Source: Bdellovibrionales bacterium | GTDB taxonomy: Bacteria; Bdellovibrionota; Bdellovibrionia; Bdellovibrionales; Bdellovibrionaceae | Assembly (NCBI GenBank): GCA_031370005.1 | Contig: JANMPT010000050.1 | Span: 1 to 64,000 of the forward strand | DNA length: 64,000 bases | Direction: 5' to 3' | Part shown: in pieces, positions 1 to 9,231 of the stretch | Layout of the letters: the number at the start of each line of letters is the position of its first letter | Position numbering within the stretch: position 1 is the stretch's first letter | Translations under genes and position numbers: made by a program | The notes under the pieces: generated by a model | The model's database searches: none | The model's input: the letters and a program-made list of their open reading frames with translations, nothing else | Told to the model about the DNA's origin: nothing

Positions 1-148
1 GCTTTGCTCAGATCCATCCGATCGACACTGACCCGGAAATGCCTCGCTGACAGCGGCCCTCCCGACGGTTGTCGGTGGAATACCTTATCCGGAGAGGATC
101 TTGAGGTGTGATGCTATGTCAAATAAGCCGGTCAGGCCTGAATAATCA

Positions 149-1021
149 CTAAGGGGACGTAACAACTAGAGTCTTATTTTTGAGCGGGGCGACAGCTAGG
201 CCCGCTGCAAGTATCCCGAGTCCCCAGAGTAGGGGTTTGTGTTCGGAAGCCCAACTCGAAAAGGTCTTTTCAGGAGGGATGCCGGGATTCACGCATGTTT
301 TGCTGAAGTAGACTTCGAATTGCGGCGGGGCTGTAAGGTTTTTGTAATTGAGTTTATAGTCCCTGCAATCTCCGCTCACCCAAGCTTGTAAGTAAAATTT
401 TTGCTTCACGAATTCAGCCGCAGTTCCCACAAAATGACGATCTTCATAGCGATTAGAAATAATTTCCCAATGATAAGTTCCCTCGACGAGTTTTTGTGGA
501 AGCTGACTTTTAGTAAAAATTTTACCATCTACAACAAGAAGATCAGTAGGCTCAAGCTGTTCATCAAGATGCTGTGGAAGTGGCTGGGCCCTTTGTGGAC
601 AATTTTGTAGGATGCTCGGCGATTCCAAGATGTTTGCAAGTTCAGTGTCCAGAAGAATATAGCGACAGAGTTCTTTTTTCAGACTAAGTTTTTCAGCGAG
701 TAAAGTGAAGACTTCGCGATCAGGCTTGTTAAGGTCAATGCTGTGACGAAGTAGATCCCAATCACTTAGGACTTGTTTGCTTGGTCCTTCTTTGAGGGCT
801 TGCTGCGAGAATTCTAAAACCTGCGGGTGTGCCTCCTCAGTGCTATTTCGAATGACGTCACGAAACCACTGTGTATAAGTCTGTTGGTTGTTTTGAAGAG
901 CGTATTTGTGAAATTCCTCAGAAGCCGCCATGGAAGACTGAAATAAGACTGCAGTTGCAACCTCCGAAACAATCAGGACCGTGGCAAACACTATGAACTG
1001 TCGAAAGTGATTTTGCGGCAT
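149..1021 (-). CDS. Hypothetical exported protein (N-terminal signal/TM segment, C-terminal hydrophobic anchor)
   Basis: 290-aa ORF with hydrophobic N-terminus and C-terminal LLWGLGILAAGLAV segment; last gene of the minus-strand pilin cassette. Confidence 0.7.
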   Translation of the reverse strand: MPQNHFRQFIVFATVLIVSEVATAVLFQSSMAASEEFHKYALQNNQQTYTQWFRDVIRNSTEEAHPQVLEFSQQALKEGPSKQVLSDWDLLRHSIDLNKPDREVFTLLAEKLSLKKELCRYILLDTELANILESPSILQNCPQRAQPLPQHLDEQLEPTDLLVVDGKIFTKSQLPQKLVEGTYHWEIISNRYEDRHFVGTAAEFVKQKFYLQAWVSGDCRDYKLNYKNLTAPPQFEVYFSKTCVNPGIPPEKTFSSWASEHKPLLWGLGILAAGLAVAPLKNKTLVVTSP

Positions 1022-1026
1022 AAAAT

Positions 1027-1530
1027 TTATTCTCCATAGTGAATGACGAGGGGTCTTTTCTCGATTCTTTCGGTTGGAGGCTTTGCGGTCTCGTGAGGGT
1101 TTTTAAGGGCAGCAAAAAAAGGCCCCTCTGTATTAGTAATTTTTGAACTCTCTTTTTCTTTAACCAGCACAGCGAATTGCTGAGGATTTAGGGGGGCACG
1201 TAAGAGCTTCACGGATGCCGCTACTTTAAATCCCCTTTTACCTTTTTCGCTAGAGGCATAAAGATCCACCACTGAGAATTGCCCAGATAGTGAAGCAAGA
1301 GATTCTGCATTGCTGAGCTCGAGCGGGATAAGTAAATATCCGGCAGGAATCATCGTGTCGATGGCGAAATTTTCTGTTGTAGAATCTTTTGAGTTATCAG
1401 TACTTTTTTTTGATGGCAAAAGACTAATAAAGAGAACCACGCAGCCGAGCCCAAGAAAGGCAAATAAAAGCGTTTTATCGATGTTGAAATTTAATTTTTG
1501 CAGGAAGTTCATATTTTTTAAAAACCTCAT
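1027..1530 (-). CDS. Flp pilus assembly CpaB/RcpC-like protein
   Basis: N-terminal TM then IPAGYLLIPLEL...VVDLY, resembling the RcpC/CpaB C-terminal domain; lies next to Flp/Tad pilins. Confidence 0.55.
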   Translation of the reverse strand: MRFLKNMNFLQKLNFNIDKTLLFAFLGLGCVVLFISLLPSKKSTDNSKDSTTENFAIDTMIPAGYLLIPLELSNAESLASLSGQFSVVDLYASSEKGKRGFKVAASVKLLRAPLNPQQFAVLVKEKESSKITNTEGPFFAALKNPHETAKPPTERIEKRPLVIHYGE

Positions 1531-1636
1531 TTTGTTTTTTTGTGAAATTCATAAAAACGACTAAAACACTCACTAAGAACAACATTAAAATAAGCCCCTC
1601 AATGAGGACTTGTCCTTTTTGAGCTTCGCGATCCAT
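1475..1636 (-). CDS. Small TadE/pilin-like protein
   Basis: From ATG at 1636: MDREAQKGQVLIEGLILMLFLVSVLVVF, a prepilin-type G|Q-x-x-x-E motif followed by a hydrophobic helix. Confidence 0.65.
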   Translation of the reverse strand: MDREAQKGQVLIEGLILMLFLVSVLVVFMNFTKKQNEVFKKYELPAKIKFQHR

Positions 1637-2358
1637 TGGTCTGAAATGCTCGCGCTGTTTGGCTCTGAGTCCGGATCTGAATCCGGATAAAGGGATGTCA
1701 TGCATGATCTCTGAAACCTCCCGCTAAAATTTAAGAATTTTTGTGCCCAAGAAATTGTTTTAAACTCAAGTCTCCAAGCCTGATCCCAAGTTTGTGCTTC
1801 CTCAAACTGCGGCATGAATTTATAGGCAGGAGCAACTTCAGGTAGGTCTGCCTGCACTGACAATTTCGGGACTTTCGCTTTGGTCAATTGGAGAGAGACT
1901 TGAACCCATGATTTTAACGGAGCATTATGAAGGCTCCATTCGCGTGTAAGTTCTTTTTGAAGATCTACTCCACCCCAAGATAGCCAAGAATTGGCAGTTT
2001 GAATCAAGGCCTTTTGCTTAAAGTCCAGGGTTTGTCTTTGCATTTGTACTTTCAGCAAAGCAGCTTCTGCTGCGGCTATGGCTGGTGGAAGGCCACTTTC
2101 CATGGCTGCGACCAAAGCTCTTTCGGCGCGAACTTGGGCAAGCCTCAGTCGTAAAGCTTTGGGGTTGAGCTTAATAAGATTGCTGAGATTCTTACCGGCC
2201 TTATTTTGAATTTCTAATTGTTTGGCTCGGCAGACATTCAGTGTGCTCAGATCACTTTTTAAAAATCCAAAAGCGAAAAAAAGAGTCAAACCTCCCGCCA
2301 GCACCAATGGCAAAATAGAAATAAGCAAAATAATAGCAAAACCATTTTGTGATTTCAT
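1585..2358 (-). CDS. TadG-like pseudopilin (prepilin N-terminus)
   Basis: MKSQNG|FAIILLISILPLVL class III signal-like N-terminus; overlaps its neighbours in the pilin cassette. Confidence 0.6.
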   Translation of the reverse strand: MKSQNGFAIILLISILPLVLAGGLTLFFAFGFLKSDLSTLNVCRAKQLEIQNKAGKNLSNLIKLNPKALRLRLAQVRAERALVAAMESGLPPAIAAAEAALLKVQMQRQTLDFKQKALIQTANSWLSWGGVDLQKELTREWSLHNAPLKSWVQVSLQLTKAKVPKLSVQADLPEVAPAYKFMPQFEEAQTWDQAWRLEFKTISWAQKFLNFSGRFQRSCMTSLYPDSDPDSEPNSASISDQWIAKLKKDKSSLRGLF

Positions 2359-2711
2359 CTGTAAAGTTCAAGCTCCTTTTGCATGGTGAGATCGCGATTC
2401 ATTGGCATTCTTAGGGTTATGCGAACTTTTTGTTTGTTAAAAGACTTGGTACTTTCAAAGCTCGTTAACTTGGCTGCCAGTAAAAAAGCTCCGACTCTTT
2501 GCTGAAAGTCACTCTTGCAGTGGCTTTCACCTTGAGTGGCTTTGCAGACTAAAAACTCATGAAGCAAGTAATTCACTCCAACAGGAACTAAACAAAAGTA
2601 AACTGATAATCCTAAGGCAAAAAGTGTTCCGGCCAGAGTTGCTGAAAGAGCCAGACTTTCAATTAACGCCTGGCCTTGATTATTTTTTGGCTTCACTGGA
2701 GATTGCACCAT
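2355..2711 (-). CDS. TadE-like minor pilin
   Basis: NNQG|QALIESLAL prepilin motif with Glu at +5, then a hydrophobic helix. Confidence 0.7.
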   Translation of the reverse strand: MVQSPVKPKNNQGQALIESLALSATLAGTLFALGLSVYFCLVPVGVNYLLHEFLVCKATQGESHCKSDFQQRVGAFLLAAKLTSFESTKSFNKQKVRITLRMPMNRDLTMQKELELYR

Positions 2712-2931
2712 CTAGAAAGTTACCAAGGTCTTTCTTGCTATACATTTTGGAATTTAGCTTTTCAGCCTTTAGTTGTGAGTCGTCGCCACTGCCAAGGGCT
2801 TTGGCTATATTCGCAAATTGAACTGACACATTTTTTCCAACAACACGAACGATGGACATGGTCCCGATGGCGACGATAGCAACAATAATCAGATACTCGA
2901 TAAGGCTTTGGCCTTTTTTATTTTTAATCAT
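2680..2931 (-). CDS. flp: Flp family pilin
   Basis: KNKKG|QSLIEYLIIVAIVAI is the Flp signature (E5-Y6); GGAGG RBS upstream. Confidence 0.85.
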   Translation of the reverse strand: MIKNKKGQSLIEYLIIVAIVAIGTMSIVRVVGKNVSVQFANIAKALGSGDDSQLKAEKLNSKMYSKKDLGNFLDGAISSEAKK

Positions 2932-2955
2932 GGTCTGCCTCCATCAAGCTGTGAT

Positions 2956-2971
2956 AGCAAAACAGAGTCCA
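2956..2971 (-). promoter_or_regulatory. Putative sigma54 (-24/-12) promoter for the flp cassette
   Basis: Minus strand TGGACTCTGTTTTGCT, GG-N10-GC spacing, just upstream of the flp RBS. Confidence 0.5.
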
Positions 2972-3054
2972 CGACTAGAGAGAGATTATGAAGTGAGCAT
3001 TGAAAAGTGATCCAGCACTCGGATGCCTTTTCGGATTTTAATATTTGCGAAAAT

Positions 3055-3339
3055 TTATTTTTTCTTAGGCTTAACTTTTATATTTTTTGAGTTTGCATCG
3101 AGTTCTTTGGCAGCAGCTTTGGCTTCTTTTGCCGCCATGGACTTCTTAGCTTTGCGAACTATAATGATTTGATCCAGAATCTCGTAAGACTCCTTTTGCA
3201 GATCATTTTCAAAAACAAAACGGTAAAAACCTTCAATTTCGGGACTTTGGCGGAATTTTTTCAATGATGTCGGCATGCTGTCAGATTGAACAAAATCGAT
3301 AGAACTTCCATCTTTAGAAAGCTTCACTTTTTCTGCCAT
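3055..3339 (-). CDS. Hypothetical small protein with Lys/Ala-rich C-terminus
   Basis: ATG at 3339 preceded by GGAGGA; basic tail AKKSMAAKEAKAAAK...KPKKK. Confidence 0.7.
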   Translation of the reverse strand: MAEKVKLSKDGSSIDFVQSDSMPTSLKKFRQSPEIEGFYRFVFENDLQKESYEILDQIIIVRKAKKSMAAKEAKAAAKELDANSKNIKVKPKKK

Positions 3340-3495
3340 TTTAAATTCCTCCGTGGTTTCAGGAATTTGTAACATAAACTAGCTCCCTCCTCGGGTCAAG
3401 ATTAGGACCTCACAAGGCGCCCTCTTGTATTTTTATACATAAATAATTGAATTTCTTGATGAAATATAACAAATTTGAGCATCGGAAGGTGGTAG

Positions 3496-4362
3496 TTGAT
3501 GATCCTCTTGGATGGAAAAAATGTCGCAGCAATCCGTAGAGACGCTCTAAAGTTGAGGGTTGAGACATTCAAAAAAACTGTGGGTAGGGCTCCGCATCTT
3601 TCAGTTATTCTTGTTGGTGAGGACCCAGCAAGCCAAGTTTATGTTAGAAATAAGCATCAGACATGTCAGAAAATAGGAATTAACTCATCTGTCCACACCC
3701 TGGCAGCAAGTATTGGACAGGACACGCTTAATCAGTGGATTGAGAGACTTAACTTAGATCCTAGAGTGGATGGAATTCTCGTGCAAATGCCTTTGCCGAA
3801 GCATCTGAGCATTGAACCGGTTTTAAGAAATATTATGCTTGAAAAGGACGCCGACGGCCTGACCTATGCAAATGTTGGCTGCCTAATGTCCGGTAAGCCA
3901 TTTGTAAAGCCCTGCACTCCTATGGGGATTATGAGTATTCTTGAGCACTATAAAATCAAAGTTGATGGTATGAACGCGGTTGTTATCGGTCGAAGTCAAA
4001 TCGTTGGCAAGCCAATGGCATTGCTGTTGACTGAGGCCGACGCGACAGTAACTTTGTGTCATTCAAAGACCCGCAATTTACGTGAACATACATCGCGGGC
4101 GGACCTCGTGGTGGTGGCGGCTGGGCAAAAACGTTTTCTTGGTAAAGAAGATTTCAAAAATGGTGTAATTATCATTGATGTTGGAATACACGGAGCAGGC
4201 GCGGGCCAACTCTGTGGTGATGTGCGCTTTGAAGAACTAGCAGATACTGCCGCAGCTATTACCCCAGTTCCGGGGGGCGTGGGCCCTATGACAATCACAT
4301 CCCTTTTAGAGAATACCGTGTTTTTGGCAGAGTTTCGAGCTGGAATAGTTCGTCAATCGTGA
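3496..4362 (+). CDS. folD: Bifunctional methylenetetrahydrofolate dehydrogenase/cyclohydrolase
   Basis: YVRNK, DGILVQMPLP, PCTP, GRSQIVGKP and TPVPGGVGPMT motifs. Confidence 0.97.
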   Translation: MMILLDGKNVAAIRRDALKLRVETFKKTVGRAPHLSVILVGEDPASQVYVRNKHQTCQKIGINSSVHTLAASIGQDTLNQWIERLNLDPRVDGILVQMPLPKHLSIEPVLRNIMLEKDADGLTYANVGCLMSGKPFVKPCTPMGIMSILEHYKIKVDGMNAVVIGRSQIVGKPMALLLTEADATVTLCHSKTRNLREHTSRADLVVVAAGQKRFLGKEDFKNGVIIIDVGIHGAGAGQLCGDVRFEELADTAAAITPVPGGVGPMTITSLLENTVFLAEFRAGIVRQS

Positions 4363-4371
4363 GGATTTCTT

Positions 4372-5412
4372 ATGCAATCAAGTTTTTTACGTAATGTCTG
4401 GTATGTGGCACTCCCGAGCAGCGAATTAAAAGTGAATAAAATGCAATCCCGAGTGATTATGGGCGAGCCCATTGTTTTTTTTCGCGATTCACAAAATAAG
4501 GTTTCAGGACTTCGTGATATTTGCCCTCACCGAGGGATTCCACTAAGTTATGGTCGGGTGGTGAAGGATAAGGTCGAGTGTCCTTATCACGGTTGGAAAT
4601 TCAATAGCGAAGGTACGTGTACGGAAATTCCCTCACTGTGTGAGGGGCAGGATTTAGACTGTGAAAAGATCAAGGTCAGACATTACCATGTACGTGAGCA
4701 GCAGGGTTTGATCTGGGTTTTCATGGGGGACAAAAACTTTGATCTTTCGATGTCGCCAGAACTTCCATATATGAAAAATCTTCCTGCGGATGTGCAGCCG
4801 CATATTGTCGAGAAGTGCATATTTCCATGTCATATCGATCATGCGGTGATTGGCCTGATGGATCCAGCTCATGGGCCCTATATACATAGGAGCTGGTTTT
4901 GGCGCAGTGAAAAAACGATGCACGAGAAACGTAAGATGTTTGTGCCGGTGGATTATGGTTTCCAAATGGCGCGACACCAGCCATCCTCGAATTCAAAGGC
5001 ATATAAAATATTGGGCGGAGCTCCGACCACTGAAATTACATTTAGCCTTCCCAGTATACGTGTAGAGCACGTGCAAGTTGGAAAGCGAAATTTATACTCC
5101 TATACGGCGCTAACTCCTATACACGAGAAAGAGACTCTTATTCACCAGATACTTTACTGGGATTTGCCATGGCTTAGCTTGATCAAGCCAGTGATTCATA
5201 AGTTCACCAAGGTCTTCTTGTATCAAGATATGGATGCTGTTTCAAAACAGCAAGATGGACTTAAGTATGATCCAAGTTTGATGTTGATCAAAGATGCGGA
5301 CACCCAAGCTAAGTGGTACTATGCGCAGAAGGCTGAATGGGAAAAACATCTTGAAGAAAAACGCGCATTTATAAATCCTATGAAAGCAACTGAGCTCAGA
5401 TGGCGAAGTTAA
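4372..5412 (+). CDS. Rieske non-heme iron oxygenase alpha subunit (VanA/CAO-like)
   Basis: Rieske CPHRG...CPYHGW motif; mononuclear iron motif DPAHGPYIH. Confidence 0.9.
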   Translation: MQSSFLRNVWYVALPSSELKVNKMQSRVIMGEPIVFFRDSQNKVSGLRDICPHRGIPLSYGRVVKDKVECPYHGWKFNSEGTCTEIPSLCEGQDLDCEKIKVRHYHVREQQGLIWVFMGDKNFDLSMSPELPYMKNLPADVQPHIVEKCIFPCHIDHAVIGLMDPAHGPYIHRSWFWRSEKTMHEKRKMFVPVDYGFQMARHQPSSNSKAYKILGGAPTTEITFSLPSIRVEHVQVGKRNLYSYTALTPIHEKETLIHQILYWDLPWLSLIKPVIHKFTKVFLYQDMDAVSKQQDGLKYDPSLMLIKDADTQAKWYYAQKAEWEKHLEEKRAFINPMKATELRWRS

Positions 5413-5437
5413 TAGTTATGACAAATGAGGTTGAGTA

Positions 5438-6751
5438 ATGGTTGTTTGGAAACTTCGTCAAGGGGCGGATAAAAGAGTGCGTGGAGGTCATCCATGGGTC
5501 TTCTCGAATGAGCTTGCCAGCAGTCCTAAAGGCATTGGGCTTGGGGCATTTGTAGAGCTACAAGACGCACGTGGTGGATTTCTGGCTCGTGGGTACGGCA
5601 ATCCGCACTCTTTAATTTCGTTCCGTGCTGTGAGCTTTAATCCTGAAGAGCATGAGCCATTAGGATTTTTGTTTTTGAGTAAAAAAATTCTTCACTCCTG
5701 GCAGGTGCGAAAAAACGCGGGATTTCGTGGCAGCTTTCGTATGAGTTTCGGAGAAGCTGATTTTTTACCTGGAATGGTATTGGATTACTACCTCATTGAG
5801 CAAAATGGCAAACAAGGTCAAGTCTTTGTTGCACAGCTGGTGGCGGCAGGTCTTGACAGGGCTTTGCAAGACACGGAAGGTTTTTTCAAACTTCTAGCAG
5901 CAGAAGCACGGAAAATGGGTCTTACCGAGTTGGGCTGGGCCGATACGGCAGTGGTTATACGTAATGATGTGAGTGTAAGAAAACTTGAAGGACTTGAGGA
6001 GCAAGAACCAAAAATAATTAAGCCCATTGATGGTATAGAGCTGTCGAAAGTGGATATTCTTTTAAACTCAGCTAGTGATGATGGTGTAATTCGCATGCAG
6101 TGCGATTTGGTTGAAGGGCAGAAGACCGGTTTTTTTCTTGATCAAACACAAAATATCTTTCTTGCCGTTCAACTTTTTAAAAGCTGGGCACAGGCTCATC
6201 CTGAATTGAAATTAAAACCGATTAAAATTCTTGATCTCTGTTGTTATGTTGGCCACTGGGCGGCGCAAATTACCCGTGCACTAAAGTCTTTGGGATTTGA
6301 AGTTGAAGTCAGTCTTGTCGATGTCTCAGCGCCGGCTCTGCATTTTGCAAAATTTAATTCGGAACGTGAAGGCGCGAGGGCCACCGTTCACAAGATGAAT
6401 GTGCTTGAAGAGCTTGATAAATTTGAGGGCCACAGTTTTGATATCATCATTGCGGATCCCCCAGCCTTTATTAAGGCGAAGAAAGATATTCCAACCGGTC
6501 GACATGCTTACTTGAAACTAAATACCCAGGCCTTTCGGTTGATTAAGCCACAGAGATTTGTTGTGTCCTGCTCTTGCTCGGGTCTTTTGGAGGAGGAAGA
6601 GTTTAAAGAGGTGATTCGTAAATCCATTCAACGCAATCACTGGCAGGCGCGCAATTTGACACGCGGCGGACATGCTGCGGATCATCCAACGATCTTGCAA
6701 TTTCCTGAAGGTTTTTATTTAAAAATGTTCACACACTTTGTCGAGTTTTAG
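5438..6751 (+). CDS. rlmI: PUA-domain class I SAM-dependent rRNA methyltransferase (RlmI family)
   Basis: GHPWVFSNE, GQKTGFFLDQ, DPPAF and SCS motifs. Confidence 0.8.
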   Translation: MVVWKLRQGADKRVRGGHPWVFSNELASSPKGIGLGAFVELQDARGGFLARGYGNPHSLISFRAVSFNPEEHEPLGFLFLSKKILHSWQVRKNAGFRGSFRMSFGEADFLPGMVLDYYLIEQNGKQGQVFVAQLVAAGLDRALQDTEGFFKLLAAEARKMGLTELGWADTAVVIRNDVSVRKLEGLEEQEPKIIKPIDGIELSKVDILLNSASDDGVIRMQCDLVEGQKTGFFLDQTQNIFLAVQLFKSWAQAHPELKLKPIKILDLCCYVGHWAAQITRALKSLGFEVEVSLVDVSAPALHFAKFNSEREGARATVHKMNVLEELDKFEGHSFDIIIADPPAFIKAKKDIPTGRHAYLKLNTQAFRLIKPQRFVVSCSCSGLLEEEEFKEVIRKSIQRNHWQARNLTRGGHAADHPTILQFPEGFYLKMFTHFVEF

Positions 6752-6882
6752 ACTTCTTATTTTTTTAAATTAAGACTTATTCTCGTTTTAGCGAAAAAAT
6801 CACATTTTCAAGACTTTTAATCATTTCAACCATGGTAAAGCACGTGGGAACTCTTCATACACTGCTTTGGCCTGGGGGATTG

Positions 6883-7440
6883 GTGACAAAAAAACTTGTA
6901 AAATTATTTATGATTTACGTGAGCTTTTGGAGTTCTATTTCCATGGCGTCGACGCCAGATGACTTGGGTTCAATCGGTAACATTAAAATGCCGGCACAGG
7001 CTTCAGAGTATATGTTTAGATCCTCGCCAAAGGAGTCACTGATTTCAGTCCAACTGCTTGGCGCAGTTCAGAAGCCGGGAATCTATTATGTGCCAAGTAG
7101 CACTGATCTTTTAAAAATACTGACTCTTGCTGGCGGAAGCACTAATTCCGGCGACATTTCTGAAGTGATGGTTCGTAAGACAGAGCCAGAGAAGTGGTCG
7201 TCAATCCACTCCAAGGTTTTGGATGAGCACCGCGGGACCTATGAGGTTGATGTTCAGGAGCTCATCAGGCAAGGGGGCGGCGAGGCCCTTAAGATGAATC
7301 ATGATGACTTGGTCTATGTGCCATCACGGGAATCCATGGTTAGCCCTGAGACGGCTAAGGCAATCACTTTGGTTTCTCTGGTTATGAGTATTGCTTTAAC
7401 AGGTTTGTTAATTAGCAAGTACAGCCACGAGAAAGAGTGA
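6883..7440 (+). CDS. SLBB-domain polysaccharide export-like protein
   Basis: VQLLGAVQKPGIY...LTLAGG...DLVYVP SLBB signature with a C-terminal helix; GTG start after GGGGGA (ORF is open from 6832). Confidence 0.75.
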   Translation: MTKKLVKLFMIYVSFWSSISMASTPDDLGSIGNIKMPAQASEYMFRSSPKESLISVQLLGAVQKPGIYYVPSSTDLLKILTLAGGSTNSGDISEVMVRKTEPEKWSSIHSKVLDEHRGTYEVDVQELIRQGGGEALKMNHDDLVYVPSRESMVSPETAKAITLVSLVMSIALTGLLISKYSHEKE

Positions 7441-8714
7441 TTTCAGGGATGGCTAGCTGGGCTTTTGCGCTTCTTTTATTGGTTTTTGGCTCTAAACTGT
7501 CGCTGGCATGTATTGGACTGCCATCGCAGATGTCGATTCTGATTTTTCAGCACGGACTGCACCCATATCTTAACGTTATTTTCAATTTTCTGTTGGGGCT
7601 CCCCATTGGATTCTATATGCTGCACCATCTGCAGAAGCTTGATGGCTTGAGTAAACTCTATCGAACATTTTTAGTATTTTTACTGGCAATGTTATTTATT
7701 GAAACCTTGTTACAGTATTTCTTTCTGGAGAATCACAAGGGTTTCTATGTTTGGGCGGCCTTAATTTCGACTTATTGGCTGATCATACTTTTTGGTATTT
7801 TTCTGCCGGTATTGCTAAAACCCACCGCAGTTATACATTTCTTAAGTAAGTGGTCAGTGATCTTTGTGGTGCTCTCTTTGTTGCTCTGGCTAGTTAGGCC
7901 GGATCTCACTTTCAAAGGAGGGCGCTTTATTGGCGTTTTCAAGCATATTCCCTATATGGTGACTTGTGCCTCTATTGGCGTGATTTTCACTCTTGGTAGA
8001 GTTCAGATAGAGAAGAACTTACTCCGCCGCACTTGGTATGTGCTTGGTATTTTTCTGAGTATATTTGCTTTGGTCCTTACTGGGACTCGTTCGGCCTTGG
8101 CCGCAGTTTCTATAGCTTTTGTATTATGGGTTCTTCGTGTTCCTGTTCAAAGTCGGCACTTTCGTTACTGTAAGTATTCTGCAGCATTATTAATGACGAC
8201 GATTGTGGTTTTATTTGGGGGGCAAATAGTGGGCTACGCCAGTGACATTGCCACCGGGAAAAAAGCTCTCATTGATCGCGAAGCACAAGACGGTGTCGCT
8301 AGTCGAATGGAAGAAGTTGAACGTGGTTGGGAGTATTTTCGAACCAGCCCATGGATTGGCCAGGGACTGCTGTCAAAATTTTCGGGCAAAGAAGATCTTG
8401 TGGTTAGCAGTTATAATTCTTTTAAGGATCCACATAATATTTTTGTCTCCGCTGGTGTGGTTGGCGGTTGGCCATTTATTATTTGGACGTCGATTTTTTT
8501 ATTATTACTGCTAAGACTTTCAGTGAAGGCTTTGCTTACTGAGAATGCAGCAATGCATATTTTTGGAATCTATGCACTTGTGCATATTCCAATTTTGATT
8601 ATCTATCACTGGCATTTGTCTTTAGGTGGAATGGCGGATCGTTTTTACTGGCTAGTTTTTGGCTTTCTTGCTTTAAAAGAAAAACCGGTTTCTTCAAGGG
8701 CTACAAGTTCTTAA
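7437..8714 (+). CDS. O-antigen ligase/Wzy_C family membrane protein
   Basis: Multi-TM protein with LTGTRSA, SPWIGQG and DPHNIF motifs. Confidence 0.85.
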   Translation: MISGMASWAFALLLLVFGSKLSLACIGLPSQMSILIFQHGLHPYLNVIFNFLLGLPIGFYMLHHLQKLDGLSKLYRTFLVFLLAMLFIETLLQYFFLENHKGFYVWAALISTYWLIILFGIFLPVLLKPTAVIHFLSKWSVIFVVLSLLLWLVRPDLTFKGGRFIGVFKHIPYMVTCASIGVIFTLGRVQIEKNLLRRTWYVLGIFLSIFALVLTGTRSALAAVSIAFVLWVLRVPVQSRHFRYCKYSAALLMTTIVVLFGGQIVGYASDIATGKKALIDREAQDGVASRMEEVERGWEYFRTSPWIGQGLLSKFSGKEDLVVSSYNSFKDPHNIFVSAGVVGGWPFIIWTSIFLLLLLRLSVKALLTENAAMHIFGIYALVHIPILIIYHWHLSLGGMADRFYWLVFGFLALKEKPVSSRATSS

Positions 8715-8719
8715 GTCTA

Positions 8720-9220
8720 TTAGCGGAGACTGTCCCAGAATTTGCGAGTGTTTTCCCGAACAGAGTCGTCTGACTTCTTTGAAAGCTGGAAAACGAGTCC
8801 ATAGGGTTTTGCATTCAAGAAGCCAAGGATGGTTCGTCTTTCAGGTATCTTGCTTGCTTTGTCTGGATCCTCAATTTGTGCTTCGCAAGTTTTCCCGGTG
8901 TGGGAAGTATAAACTTCGATCTTAGTTATCTTTAGCGTGATCTTGTGCAAATCACCGTAGATATTGCTGAGAAGTGATTTACAGAGCTTTTCGTCCATAA
9001 CAATTTTGTCGATCTTTTTAAAGGTATAGAGGTCGACCATGGTCAGGTCCTGGTTTTTTTCATTGGGGCGGCCAATCACTCCCATAAATGCATTTGTTTT
9101 AAAAGTATCGAGCAATTTGTTTTCTGTTTTACTGACGTATTGGATTTCTTCTTTTGATTGAATAGGGGCTGTGACCGCAAAAGAAAACGAGAGGAGCTGT
9201 AAGACTAGAAACGGGATCAT
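8720..9220 (-). CDS. Hypothetical secreted protein
   Basis: Signal peptide-like N-terminus; AGGAG RBS. Confidence 0.7.
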   Translation of the reverse strand: MIPFLVLQLLSFSFAVTAPIQSKEEIQYVSKTENKLLDTFKTNAFMGVIGRPNEKNQDLTMVDLYTFKKIDKIVMDEKLCKSLLSNIYGDLHKITLKITKIEVYTSHTGKTCEAQIEDPDKASKIPERRTILGFLNAKPYGLVFQLSKKSDDSVRENTRKFWDSLR

Positions 9221-9231
9221 GTTCTGACTCC

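Noticed and set aside
83..110. CTTATCCGGAGAGG resembles the start of a SAM-I riboswitch
   Set aside because: The downstream SAM-I core (GAGGGA..GGCCC, GCAACC, GGTGC) is absent, and no gene follows on that strand
123..145. ATAAGCCGG / GGTCAGG resembles RNase P or SRP RNA motifs
   Set aside because: The flanking conserved elements (GTTCTGT; GGAAGG..AGCAG) are missing
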